Source: Phoronis australis
Taxonomy: Eukaryota > Animalia > Phoronida
Reading direction: 5' to 3'
Assembly (NCBI GenBank): GCA_002633005.1
Contig: NMRA01000367.1
Span: 212,762 to 276,761 of the forward strand
Length of the DNA stretch: 64,000 nt
Both the position numbers and the translations under genes were made by a program. Positions 25,878 to 39,427 of this stretch are shown here, piece after piece; the first letter of the stretch is position 1; each line of letters opens with the position of its first letter. A model generated the notes under the pieces. It was given only the letters and a program-made list of their open reading frames with translations, ran no database searches and was not told the DNA's origin.

Positions 25878-26068
25878 TGTAACCAAACCACAACTTAGTG
25901 ATCATGTAACCATACCACAACTTAGTGATCATGTAACCATACCACAACTTAGTGATCATGTAACCATACCACAACTTAGTGATCATGTAACCATACCACA
26001 ACTTAGTGATCATGTAACCATTCCACAACTTAGTGATCATGCAACCATACCACAACTTAGTGATCATG
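25878..26068. repeat. 30-bp minisatellite, ~6 copies
   Basis: tgtaaccataccacaacttagtgatca core. Confidence 0.95.
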
Positions 26069-26295
26069 CTAGTTTAAAATTAACCGAAAGCTACCTTTAT
26101 GTAATGAAAATACATAAAATGTGAAGTTCATTAAATGTCTTAATCGTGCAATTACAGCCAGTTACGTGCATTAATTTGAATTGGACGCAGCCGTAGATCT
26201 ACTGTTAAGTAGCTACGTAATTGCTGCTTAGGACAAGATGAGTTTCTACCTGAGCTATGAACCTGATTTTTTTTAATCAAAATATTTCGATCTAA

Positions 26296-26433
26296 GAGTC
26301 GATATAACTGTTAAAACAGTTATATCGACTCGACCTACTTTAATCGAGGAATCCCATCTTGTGACCTACTTTAATCGAGGAATCCCATCTTGTGACCTAC
26401 TTTAATCGAGGAATCCCATCTTGTGACCTACTT
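26296..26433. repeat. Perfect 17-bp-arm palindrome followed by a 33-bp tandem repeat, 3 copies
   Basis: gagtcgatataactgtt-aa-aacagttatatcgactc, then gacctactttaatcgaggaatcccatcttgt units. Confidence 0.9.
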
Positions 26434-28300
26434 TTCATTTGTCGGAATTAAGGAGATGGCAGAATAAAAGTATGAGTGTATCTCCACTGATTGTGTTCAA
26501 AATATCGCCAAATCTATGGCACTGTACAGGTATATACCCAGCTTTTTGCACGATCATATCGCATCAGTGACCTTATCATTTGTCAGGTGAAGGTGAACCG
26601 TGTGGGTTCTTTGGATATTCGCTGGTTCCGAAATACTTTTCCTCGAACACTTATTTTTTCATCATAGCCTTTACAGATTGTCACAACATGAAGGTACGAT
26701 ACTCTGCTGACAAGCATCACCCGTTGTCTTTGTCAAAGTGTTTTCAGATAGTCCAATAAACACTCATCGATTCTATCAAGAACGTGGTTTAGTGACAGTG
26801 TATTTGCCTCCGACCTCTTGTTTGTTGGGTCTCGCGTTACTTTTCACAAGGGGGCAGAACTTGTGATAGGTCAATTCTCCGGGAACTACTTAAAGCAGTG
26901 CCCTGTCTCAGGATGCATAATCAGGTGTACCTGTGCAGTACTCAGTAAGGTTGGCCAGTCTGTCTTCATTTTGCTCCCACCAGTCAAGTCAGGTGTTCAA
27001 CACACGTCTAAATTCGTTTCAGTGAGTTGTGTTTCAATCCATCTGTGTGTAATGTTTCCAATAAAAAGTCCTCCATGAATTGTGATGGTGTTAGGTCATG
27101 TTAGCATGTACCAGTGGGCCTGTTGTACAGTATTATTTGTGGACTATTAGTAACTTGGCTGCTGTTTTAGGCCCAGATAAACATGTTGGCCATATGATCA
27201 ATAATTCAGCCTTTGGAAACAATCTTCTCAAGATCAAATGTGGATAATTTGGTAAATGAATCATACCCCCAAGGGTATAGTTCCCATGAAGAGTGGCTGA
27301 ACTGAGCTAGCCCTTTGACCAGACCTGATGGTGCTGTTTAAGACATGGAAAAGGAACACATTAGAGTAGTATTTTTAGAAGTATGAACAAAACAGCAAGG
27401 CTCAGTTGAATGTGTATGGTATGTTTCATACAAAATTGTTTGTAGAATTTATATGTAGGACATTATCGAAAAGTTTACATTTTGCAACATTTCTAGAAAA
27501 CTATAGAAATTAACTCTTTAAAAGTGTATATTTTCTGAAAATAGAAAACCAGTAGAATTTGATTTTTACTTATTACCAATCTGTCATTGATTGGTCACGT
27601 GACCAGGTTTTTTATTAAAACGTTAACACAAAAGAATGTTACATTGATAGAAAAACAATGGTATCAACAAGAACAAGAACAAATTTCATTTGATATAAAT
27701 ATGCAAGATAAAATATCAAAAATGCTGTTAGTTTTCTAAAACATCATTTGGGTTTTGTTTTATGCAACTTTGAGTTTTGCTAAAAACCTTAATTAAAAGT
27801 TGTTTTCATGCAAAGTTAGGGCAGTTTTAAAGCAGTTTCTAACAGCATTATGGTAACCATGCATACTAAAGCACAGTTTTACAATTTCCTGTGAATCTGA
27901 TCAGCCTTTTCTATGATATGATGTTCCAAATTCCACTTTTCCCAACTTTATGAAATTTAACCGTTCCCTCCATAGTATAATGGCTACATCTTACAAGCAA
28001 GACAAAAAAGTTTTGATAACAATATTGATAAAGGAAATATAATTAGTCCAAAATAACTGTGATTTACTATTTAACTTTTAAATTCTGGGCCATGTTGGCA
28101 GTAAGTGACTTTCGCCACTGTTAATGTTGCAAAAGTTTCACAGAATTTGTCTTGGTGGGGAATTTGGCTGAACTTGAATTTGAACATTTTACTTGTTTAT
28201 TGTTTTTGCTGGTAATTCGTTGTTGGCTTTGCGTTTCATGTTCCAATTGCAGTTCTAACGTTGATCATCCGCCAACTACACGACATTTTATTTCTGTGTC

Positions 28301-28395
28301 ATCCACAAACAAGTGATTCACAAACAAGTGATCCACAAATAAGTGATCCACAAATAAGTGATCCACAAATAAGTGATCCACAAATAAGTGATCCA
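28301..28395. repeat. 14-bp tandem repeat
   Basis: atccacaaataagtg-type units. Confidence 0.9.
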
Positions 28396-28581
28396 TTTTA
28401 ATTCAGTTTTGTGGCTAAAACTTGTGGATATGACTGAAAGTGTGAGTGGAAGTGGGTAAACAAAATTTATATTAAATTATTCTTGAAAAATAGAAAAGAT
28501 GCTATAAGTGGTTATGTTATGGCTGATTGCCTCATTTGAGTCGAGCAGTAAATTATATGTGAGGAGCACATTTGAAGCCAG

Positions 28582-28786
28582 CAGAGGTGCAGGCTGAACA
28601 TCAGAGGTGCAGGCTGAACATCAGAGGTGCAGGCTGAACATCAGAGGTGCAGGCTGAACATCAGAGGTGCAGGCTGAACATCAGAGGTGCAGGCTGAACA
28701 TCAGAGGTGCAGGCTGAACATCAGAGGTACAGACTGAACATCAGAGGTGCAGGCTGAACATCAGAGGTGCAGGCTGAACATCAGAG
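28582..28786. repeat. 20-bp minisatellite, ~10 copies
   Basis: cagaggtgcaggctgaacat. Confidence 0.95.
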
Positions 28787-30530
28787 CGCAGTTGTTAGAA
28801 ATGCATGTATAGTTTTTAGCTTTCAGTTGTTGGCATATTTTCTGAAATTTTGCATGTGTTATGCTGCAGAATAGGTGCAGTTGAAATGACTTTATGTATG
28901 TGTCCATATCTCATATCTTTATGTCTGTTTCGATATCTCATAAAACATGCTGGAGGTTCAATGATTTCTACTACATTTTCAATGACAGTTAACTGGATGG
29001 TTCTTTGTGTTCCAACTAAATCTCTTATGACCCCATGTACCCCCTAAGAGTGATACTTTGCACCCATCAATAATATTGTAGTCATAAACACATTGGTAAA
29101 CTATGATATGGCTAAAAATGTCAAGCTTCATCAAGTTTTAATTGTTAACACAGTAAATTGATGGTGCAGCTGTTGCTAAGAAATAGCTGCCAAATGGTTG
29201 TTAGAATCTGCTCATTAGCTGAGAAGTGTTCCAACACCCATCAGATGGTTTTCTCATAGAACTCTAGATGAAAAGTACGCTTTATCACTGCCACATCAAG
29301 GTGAAGTCCTCAAAAGGCAATTGTCCATAAAAAAGATTGTTTTCAGATAGCTGTGAACTACCCATCACACATGTCTTGTGTGTCTTTCAACCATCATTGG
29401 TTTTATTTTTTTGGAATAGCTTTTCTCCCTGCACGCCCCTCACCTTGTTCTGTGCCTTTGAACCATAGAGGTATGCGATAATGCTTTAGCAGACTTGAGT
29501 CACTGACAACCTGAAGAAACACAAGTCAGGAACTCTGATCATTTTGGCTGTTGGTTGTGTTGTCAGCTAATAATTGTGGCATTGCCATTAATTAATTAAG
29601 TTTCTGTTTTACTGTAAGTTATTCCTCATCTGAATATGGTTCATCGACATCATCTATGTTAACAGTTGCCTGCAGGCTTATTTTTAATGTTAACGAGTAT
29701 ATGTGCTGATTTCATTTGTGTAAATCATATCGGTTGTTACCCCTGCTAGCCTGTAGTTTCTGTGGTCAAGTAATAACTTGGTGTCGCCACTCTCATTATC
29801 TGTTGATGAGTAATACCAGATATGAGTTGTTTTTACTGTTATGAAGCAGCCAACCATTGCCTGTTATTGATGGCTGACTACACTTGTGCACTGTTAGCAA
29901 AACACACCTTACATTATTACATATTCTCCAGCTCACAACCACTTACAAACATGGCTCATGGACCACAAACTTGGTACTAGGACAAAATGTACACTTCAGC
30001 AATGCCATCTGTTGAAAGTGGTGTGAGATTAAATTTACTTTCAAATCTGGGTTATGGAAATTAATTGCTGATATTGTCGAGAGTCTTCATACTGGCTATT
30101 TGATATTGTGTAGAGCACTTTATGTTACTACTCTCAGTAATTTAACTGTAGATAACTGCATTATATTTTAACTTAAATCATTATTTCTGACTGAATCCAA
30201 TCAGTGGAATGTCTAAGTAATTAACCTGTCTTTTAATGAGTGGAGAGTCTGGCTGACAAACTTGACCATATTGACATACTCACACCATTGTGAAACGAAT
30301 GGCTGCAAGTTTTTGTGCTTTTTAATCTATATACATCTATTTCCCCCATTAAATTTCCATTGGAGCTTATAATTCAGACATTTTCCCACGTGCGGCATGT
30401 CTTGCTTTTTGCATTTTGGGATGTTTGGCAACTGTTTATAGTGGGGCTTGCATTCTGGGAAAATTATGGTGTTCCTGTGGGAACTAGTGTTATGTGAGTG
30501 GAGACACTTAGTTGTGAGTGATAGGTAACA

Positions 30531-30757
30531 GAGTGTACAGGCTGAGTGAGTGGTCACTGAGTGTACAGACTGAGTAAGTGGTCACTGAGTGTACAGGCTG
30601 AGTGAGTGGTCACTGAGTGTACAGGCTGGGTGAGTGGTCACTGAGTGTACAGGCTGGGTGAGTGGTCACTGAGTGTACAGGCTGGGTGAGTGGTCACTGA
30701 GTGTACAGGCTGGGTGAGTGGTCACTGAGTGTACAGGCTGGGTGAGTGGTCACTGAG
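30531..30757. repeat. 29-bp minisatellite, ~8 copies
   Basis: gagtgtacaggctgggtgagtggtcact core. Confidence 0.95.
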
Positions 30758-30791
30758 CAGTGTGATAGTGGCACGTCTAGCACAAAGACAA

Positions 30792-31065
30792 GTTGTTGTT
30801 GGTAGCAGAAGTAATGTTGAGGTTTAGAGTGGCGTTGGTAGTTATATTGATGGTGGTTGAGGTGAGGTTGTAGTTTAGAGTTGTGTTGGTGGTTGTATTG
30901 GTGGTGGTTGTGTTATTGGTGGCAATGGTGCTTTCGACAGTGGTTACACCGTTGGTAGTGGTAACACCGTTGGTAGTGGTAACACTGTTGGTAGTGGTAA
31001 CACTGTTGGTAGTGGTAACACTGTTGGTAGTGGTAACACCGTTGGTAGTGGTAACACTGTTGGTG
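30792..31065. repeat. GTT/GTG low-complexity tract plus 18-bp repeat
   Basis: gttggtagtggtaacact units; gives a spurious Thr-rich ORF. Confidence 0.85.
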
Positions 31066-33613
31066 CCAATTTGTGCTACACCTGGAGTACAATGTTCTGG
31101 ACACCCCAACCTACACTTCACTCTTACCTCTGTTTTGCTGGTCTGACAATTTTACGTAAAGTTAATACCTACCTGGTATGTCAATTATTATCTCTTGTCT
31201 GTCTGCACTTTACTGGAATCAAGTACCTTATTAGATTATGAGTGAATTACTCTGTAAAGAATCATGAAACACTGAGTTCATAAATGTATCACCAAACATG
31301 GAGTTCATTGTAATATTAATGAATTAACATTTCATTAATTACCAAACAAGTTTGTATTTATTTATCAACTACCAATCATCTGAGTTTGTAGTTAATAATG
31401 CACACTTCCTTTTGGCTTGATTTGTTCCCAAACCTAAACCTAATGTGATTAAGTCTTGTTTTGACAGTGTCTTTCAACTTGTTGATTTAGTTTGACATCA
31501 AACATGCTTTCCTGATGACTTGTTTATACATTTACAAACATTGATTTGTCATTAACTGTTGTTGGCAGGTGGACTGGACCAGTTTGTGTTAAGCTATGCC
31601 ACACTAGAATAGGATATCCTTTTAGTCAATTGTCTTTAGACACCTGTCAGCTTTTGATCTGAATGTTTTGTTTGTTCTTGTGGTCTCCATTACTTTCTTG
31701 TTTTCTTGGAACAAAACATGCATTCAAAATCACTTACTTTGTTTTTGCATAATGAAAGACTGTTGTTCGCGACAACTGCAGAATCTTTTAAAAAGATATA
31801 ATTGTCACCAACCACTCACCAAATTCCTATTTTAGATGCCTATATGTTTTTCTTGCTACCCTCGTCCAATTTATAGAACTGAGATTTTAGTGTCTCTGTA
31901 AATGCTCTTCTCATATGAATGTTAGCTCCTAAAAAGAAGCTGTACGCTGGTGCAGGGGATGCGTTCATTTTAGTCATGATAGCATTCTGTCGTTCAGTAA
32001 CTTTTCCAGACGGGAGGGGTGCTGAACGTGAGGGGTGCTGAACGTGAGGGGTGCTGAACGTGAGGGGTGCTGAACGTGCGATAACATCTGGCTCTTTTAC
32101 TAACCGCCCAGCTCAGTCTTTTGTCCCGTATCATAACAAGCAGGCCAATTATCTCCCAGGCTTCAAAGGGTTACTGAAACCTGGTAGAATGGATTATCTA
32201 GTTAACTTCTGTTGTAGTTGGGCGATTTTGGTGATTCAAAAACTAAACATGATCAGCATTTGGCATGAAATTCAGAAATGGTATTGGTTTATGTTCAAAT
32301 ATGTTATAAGTTAACTTTCATTTTTAGCAGCACAGCCCAGTCAGGCTAGATAAGATCTGACCCGAGATTAAAGCAATTATCGAACAAAAGATAGTCCGGG
32401 GCCAACCATAAATGCCAGAATGGACCAGTAGTGTAAGATATTGACTACAGGGGTCATCTTCCCAACTTGTTGGGCTATAGAATCGAACAAGTTGGGAGCA
32501 ATGGGAAAACGCCGTAACGATTATCATACTACTCCTAAACACAACTATTCTCACTAATTTTGTTTTAAAATTACGTAGGTCGCTATAAACATGTTCCAAT
32601 TTGGTGGACTTGAGAACGTCATATCTCAAAGATGGCTGATCAAATTCAAGTGAAACTTTCTGGTTCTATGCTTTAGACTCTGTTTTCAAAAATGTGAATT
32701 GTTTTTAAGATGTAACACTTTTTCATGAAGGGCTTTTAAAAATAGACTGAACTTTTGATTTCATGAAAAATATTTGAAGTTTCAAAAACTGAGATTGAAA
32801 TTATATTTCAGAAAACTGTTACACGATTTGTGATATCTCACCTTGAACATACCTATCAAGTTTAATTTGGCCAGGTTAGTGAAACTGTTGTTTGGCTATC
32901 CATGTACCTTTCTTTTTTCTAAATTTCACTGTGGAGTTACAGCGGTGTTGTTATCAGTTTGACAGCAGTTATGTTGTAAAGCGTGACCAACCGATGTTTA
33001 CAAATACTATTTGCAAATAACTATCAACAAATGTCATGAAGAAGATGTGTTTTTCGTGAAATACTGTCATTACAAATCTTTGGATGGAGAAAAACAGTTG
33101 ACTGTCAGGGAAATTAGACTTAACTTTCACCTCCTTGATCCTCACTGTGTGGCATATTGCTCCATACACTGCATCATTGTGTACCAACACAATAGGCTTG
33201 TTTGCCAAGTTTAATTGAGCATGACTCACATCAGATGGTGATGTTGGAAATGTCTTGTTTTTTGCAGTCCAGGGCAATGGTAGGTAACAAAAAGGACTTG
33301 GTCACGTGACCCCTTTAATAACTAATGTGTAAAAAGTAAAAAATCTAATGCTGCAGGCTTTGTTCTTTCACAAAATGTAATGCTGCAGGCTTTGTTCTTT
33401 CACAAAATCTAATGCTTTACTGACTTAAAACGCTTAAGTTTTCTAGAGATTTTGATAAATGCACTGACATGTCAATGAGGTCCTGGTAGTGACATGTCAA
33501 TGAGGTCCTGGCAGTGTATACCCTAACCTTAAGAGACCATAGTCACTGTTTCTAAGCAAAATATGTTTGTAAAGAAGGTGGAAAAAATAGTTATTTGCTA
33601 ATGTGCGGGAGCC

Positions 33614-35849
33614 TTATGCGCCCACATATTTATATGTGGTCGCATATTGCCATCATCTCTGTCTGTCTGGGCATCCTTCATCCGGCGTCCACAGCTGTAT
33701 CTGAGCTAAACTCCTCACAGGATCTTGATGAAATTTTTCAGTTGTGTTCGTATGAAGCTGGCGACATATGACGACAAATTTCAAACGATTCTGATTACTG
33801 GTGTGCCCCCGAGTGGCAATTTTATTTTTTTAAGCTTACCTCTGTAGCTTCGGAAGTCCTCCACGTATTTTCATAAAATTTGAATAAAAAGGCATCTATG
33901 AGTGAGGTGACACTTTCTTCCCATTTTCGGATTGATTCAACTTAGTTTGTGCCACCTAGTGGCCATTTTTACTGTTTTCGAGTCTGTTTTTTGGCGTCCA
34001 CAACCTCTATCAACGAAACCGCTCTAAGGATGATTGTGAAAATTGACATGTCCTTACTATGAAGAGAATGACTCATGATGATTTTCTGTCAACTTCGACT
34101 ACTGCGACGCCTCCTAGTGGCAGTTTTGTTTTGTTGTGCTGTGGATGACTGACGATGATTGCTTGACAAATTTGACTGCTGTGGGGCCTCCTAGTGGCAG
34201 TTTTGTTCCTTTTTGCGCCCATAGCTGTATCTCCTGTAAACCGTTTGCAGGATCTTTACTAAATTTAACAAGTTTATTGATCCGATATTGACAAACGACA
34301 ACAACTTTCATACGGATCGAACTACCGGCGCACCACCTAGTGACAATTTTAGTTTTAGGTCTTCAACGTATTTTTATAAAATTTGAAAAGTAGGCATCTA
34401 TTGGTGATATGACGCTATCCTCCCGTTTTCAAATGGATTCAACGTGATCTGGGCCACCTAGTGGCCATTTTAGTGTTTTCGAGTCTGTTTTTTGGCATCC
34501 ACCCCTCTGTCAACCAAACCGCTCTGAGGATGATTGTGAAAATTAGCATGTGTGTTCTTCCTATGAAGAGAATGGCTGACGATGATTTTCCGAATAGACT
34601 TTGACTACTGTGGCGACTCCTAGCGGCAGTTTTTTTTCGCCCATGGCTATATCTCCTAAACCGTTTGCAGGATCTTTACAAAATTTAGCAAGTTTATTTA
34701 TATGATGTTGGCAATGGAAGATGATGACTTTCGCATGGATCGAACTACTGGTGTGCCCCCCTAGTGGTAATTTAGTTTTACGTTTACCTCTGTATCTTCA
34801 AAGGTCCTCAACGTATGTTCATAAAATTTGGAATATAGGCATCTATTGGTGAGATGATGCTATTCTCCCATTTTCAGATGGATTCGAGGTATTGTTCGCC
34901 ACCTAGTAGCCATTTTTACTGTTTTCGAGTTTTTTGGCATCCACCCCTCTGTCAACCAAACCGCTCTAAGGATGATTATGAAAATTGGCATGTATGTTCT
35001 TACTATGAAGAGGTTGGCTGACTATGATTTTCTGATGACTTTGACTACCGTGGCCCCTCCGAGTGGCAGTTTTGTTTGTTTGCGCCCATGGCTGTATCTC
35101 CTAAGCCGTTTGTTGGATCTTTACTAAATTCAGCAAGTGTATATTATTTTGACAACAGATGACAATGACTTTTGCACGGATCTGACCACCAGTGTCCCCC
35201 CTAGGGGCAATTTTATTTTACCTCTGTATATTCAAAGGTCCTCAATGGAGTTTAATAAAATTTGGAATATGCCAGACATGTATTGTTGAGGTTATGCTAT
35301 CCTCCCATTTTCGGATAGATTCGAGGTAATTTGCGCCACCTAGTTGCCATTTTTACTGTTTTTGAGTGCTTTTTGGCGTCCTGGAACCCCTCTATCAACC
35401 AAACCTTTCTAAGGATGATTTTGAAAATTAGTGTGTATGTTCTCACGGTGAAGAGGACGGTTACGCTGACAACTTTGATTATTGTAGTGCCTCCTAGTGG
35501 TGGTTTTCTTTTGTTTTGCGGCCATAGCTGCATCTCGTAAACCCACTGCAGGATCTTTATTTAATTTAGTAAGTGTATTTATGTGAAGCTAACAACAGAC
35601 GACGACTTTGAGGCGGACACTGTGCCCCCTAGTGGCAATTTCATTTTTTTCCGTTTTCCTTTGATTCTCTGAAGTTGCCTGACTGATTTTTATGAAATTT
35701 GGTTAATAGCTTTCTATTAAAGAAGCGATGGCTTGTTCTATTTCAGATGGATTGGCCATTTTTATGATACAAAAAGTGAACAACTCTAGAAACACACCGT
35801 TTGCGATGCATTCATGGGCGCATTTCAATGCTCCGCATTGCTCTTGTTT
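33614..35849 (+). mobile_element. HINE/DINE-1-type non-autonomous Helentron, complete, with a CTCF-motif core array
   Basis: 5' subTIR atgcgccca within the hairpin gcgcccacatat-tt-atatgtggtcgc, a ctgt/gtcc microsatellite, then ~14 core monomers of ~145 bp. The 3' end has subTIR tgggcgcat, hairpin caatgc-tcc-gcattg and a cttgttt terminus. Confidence 0.8.
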
Positions 35850-36034
35850 GACTGAGTCTACAGCTCTTACTGGTATTAACAGCAATACTGGAATTTCTAG
35901 TATGACTAGTCTTTATTAGAATTATCAGTGATACTAGAATTATTAGTATTATTAGTCTTTATTAGAGTTATCAGTAATACTGGAGTAACTAGTATTACTA
36001 GTCTTTACCAGAATTATCAGCAATACTGGAATTA

Positions 36035-36193
36035 CCGTAATCGTTCGGGTTAACGCCCTGGGCGGTTAAATTGGCAAATCCAAAAAATCGGGGGAGGGCG
36101 GTTAACTGAGCAGTGGGCGGTTAAATCGAAAATCCACCTAAAGTCGGGGATGGGCGGTTAACTGAGCATGGGCGTTAACCCGAATGATTACGG
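36035..36193. mobile_element. pogo/Tigger-type MITE
   Basis: 24-bp TIR ccgtaatc(g/a)ttcgggttaacgccc (23/24 match), TA TSD, four internal gggcggttaa repeats. Confidence 0.85.
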
Positions 36194-36950
36194 TAATAGT
36201 ATTAATAGTACTTTCTTAAATAATTTTCATTTCTTTGATTGAGTAAAGCAGGCAGCATGTTTAAAGTTGAGTTTGTGACTGTAGCATTCATTCTCATAGT
36301 ATTTGTAAATGTGTTTAGAGTTCATTTTAGAAAAATATGTCTTTGGGTCAATTGAGCCACGGGCCACAAATCTATGGGTTATCAATCTGTGGATTTGTGG
36401 TCCTGTGGGTCAATTGAGCCACAGGGCCACAAATCAATCTGTAACTGTCGTTCATGTCTTTGTGTCAGTTAAGCCACGGGCCACAAATCAAATCTGTGGG
36501 TAATCAATCTGTAACTGATGTTCATGTCTTCCTGGGGATTTCTTGCATTGTTGCATGCTTTAGCTTTACTTTTGTTTGTGTTGTACCCCATCTAGTGGCG
36601 TATAGAGCTGCTTGTTTCCTTCATTTCATTTCTTATTAAATCTAACCAACTGCTATTTTGTTTGTACACTTCCTTACAATTAACTAACAAGGCACTAAGT
36701 CATTTTGTGGACATTTTGAATATACATATGATAACCTTCAAATAATAGGCAGGTTTTCCCATTACCCTGGTTACCAGAGGTCCACAGCCACAGTCCACGA
36801 GGTGTGCTACCTTAAAAGCAAGTCCAACACAGCTATTGATTAACCTCCACTCCTCGGGGCAAATGTCATTTATTAGTTGTCCGTTCCAGATTATTTTGCA
36901 ATTTGGCAACACGCTGAGAGAATTTGTTATAGAGATTGAGTTAGCTTTTT

Positions 36951-37020
36951 ATCAAGCCTGGAATCGAACGCGCGTCCGCGTCTATTGCAGTCTGTTGCTT
37001 TCACCTATAGGCCAAAGAGC
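36951..37020 (-). other. tRNA-derived SINE-head-like cassette
   Basis: Reverse complement gctctttggcctataggtgaaagc...ctgcaat...gttcgattcc gives an A box, a GCA anticodon-like loop and a B box. Stems are broken. Confidence 0.5.
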
Positions 37021-37038
37021 AATGCCCGCAAATGCTTG

Positions 37039-37285
37039 ATATAAAGAGGTCTTCATAATATATTACCCCGCATATTTGGACATAAAGAGGTCTTCATAAT
37101 ATATTACCCCACATATTTGGATATAAAGAGGTCTTCATAATATATTACCCCACATATTTGGATATAAAGAGGTCTTCACAGTATATTACCCCGCATATTT
37201 GGATATAAAGAGGTCTTCATAATATATTACCCCACATATTTGGATATAAAGAGGTCTTCATAGTATATTACCCCGCATATGTGGA
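37039..37285. repeat. 40-bp minisatellite, ~6 copies
   Basis: atataaagaggtcttcataatatattaccccacatatttgg-type units. Confidence 0.95.
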
Positions 37286-38669
37286 CATTTGGCATTTATT
37301 GGAGAACCATGAAGCATAATAACTGATATTTTATTACAAACTATTGTCCTAAGAAACTTTATGGCATTCTCTATGATTCATAAGTTTCAGCTCAGCTAAT
37401 TACTAGTCACTGTAAAAATAGGATTTCCTCCTTATTTAGAGAGGGTCTTGACTAAAAGGCCCATTTGTAGAAGTTCCTTGTAAAAGTCACCCTTTTGTTG
37501 TGTTTTGTTGCAGAGGCATTACCTTATTGAATGGGGTTATTTGTGTATACCTAACACTTGAAAGATTCTTGGGTAGCTCAAGGTTTAATCCATTAATGAA
37601 CATAGTATAGGAATAGATGCCATGCTATAAAAATATTGTACAAAAGTTTCAAAGATATAAACATTGTGTTGTGGTATGCCAGACATTAGAGAGAGTCCCC
37701 ATTCAACACAGTATGCAATGACATGATTTAGTTAAGAGCTCTTTAGAATAGAATTCAATAATTTTGTTCGGTCTCCCGGTCTCCGCAGACTGGCTCGTTA
37801 GTATCAATCAGTCTATATTGGCAGTGATATATGTCCTGCCTGATTATTTCCTTGACATTCCTCTGTACTAAGGCATTCAGTCTTAATGTGACTGTGTGTA
37901 GGCACCCTGATGTGTACTGCCATTTTGTGGGAGAACAGGCTAGATAGACATACTGTTGTGAACTGGTCAGGGAGGTGGTCAACAGGACACAACATGGGTT
38001 ATTGACCTCTGAAGGGAAACCAAGACACTACTCTCGTTTGTGATCATGCTGTGAAGTAAGTTAAGTTGTATTGATTCTTGAGTATTGTTCTAACATCCTT
38101 CTGTATCTTATTGCTTACTAGCAAATTAGGAACAGTTCCTGATTCACAACATTCCTGGAGTTAAATTAATAATTAAAACTTCATATACAAATTAGGCGAT
38201 GGGAAATTTATTTTATAGTAAGTTCCATAAGTCATGATTTATAAGTTTTCGCATCTTCACACAAATGTTTGTGGCAATAAATGACATCTGATGAAAACTA
38301 TGCTGTTCAATTTGTATAAATGTCTACTAGTCAAAACTTGTCCATTCCTTTACAGAGAAAGTATGTCACAGTAATAATCTGTCCAATTTTGTGCTGAGAT
38401 GGTATGACACATCATAAATCTGTCCAGTGTTCCATTTTTACTGACTAATTACTATGCTGAAATGAGAACATTTTTTTGTGTTGGTCGTTTATTAAACTAT
38501 AACTGTTCAATACAAAACTTTCTAAAATCAAGTAACTTATTTTTTATTTTTGTCTGCAAATTTGGCAAAATCAGAGAATTCCACTTATGTTCTCTGAACT
38601 TTCTTCTTGTGTAGTGTGCATCGAAATTATTGAAATAGACACTTGATAAATGAGAAGTTTGAGCAAGAC

Positions 38670-38997
38670 AGGTTTGTGTATTCCCCCATTGTTCTACTCA
38701 ACCTTGTACAAAACACAGCACCAGGCCCAGTTTGTGTATTCCGGAACTGTTCTACTCCACCTTGTACAAAACATTATCAGGCCCTGTTTGTGTATTCCGA
38801 ATGGTTCTACTCCACCCTCTACAAAACACAGGACCAGGCCCTGTTGGTTCTACTCCACCCTCTGCAAAACAAAGGACCAGACCCTGTTTGTGTATTCCCC
38901 ATGGTTCTACTCCACCCTCTACAAAACACAGGACCAGGCCCTATTTGTGTATTCCCCTATTGTCTTACTCCACCCTGTACAAAACACAGCACCAGGC
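38670..38997. repeat. Degenerate ~60-bp tandem repeat
   Basis: tttgtgtattcc...gttctactccacc...acaaaacacag..ccaggcc, ~5 copies. Confidence 0.85.
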
Positions 38998-39035
38998 AGT
39001 AGGCCCATTCACATGCACAGGATTACTGCTTACTG

Positions 39036-39427
39036 CGTAAATAGCCGTGTGAATACCCATGTAAATAGCCGTGTGAATACCCATGTAAATAGCCATCTGA
39101 ATACCCATGTAAATAGCGGCTGAATACCCATGTAAATAGCCGTGTGAATACCCATGTAAATAGCCGTGTGAATACCCTTGTAAATAGCCGTGTGAATACC
39201 CGCGTAAATAGCCATGTGAATACCCGCGTAAATAGCCATGTGAATACACGCGTAAATAGCCGTGTGAATACCCTCGTAAATAGCCGTGTGAATACCCTCG
39301 TAAATAGCCGTGTGAATACCCTCGTAAATAGCCGTCTGAATACCCATGTAAATAGCCGTCTGAATACCCATGTAAATAGCCGTGTGAATACCCATGTAAA
39401 TAGCCGTGTGAATACCCTCGTAAATAC
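39036..39427. repeat. 24-bp minisatellite, ~16 copies
   Basis: gtaaatagccgtgtgaatacccat. Confidence 0.95.

Noticed and set aside
30777-31121. Thr-rich mucin-like ORF
   Set aside because: It derives from low-complexity and 18-bp repeats, is open in multiple frames, and lacks convincing exon boundaries.
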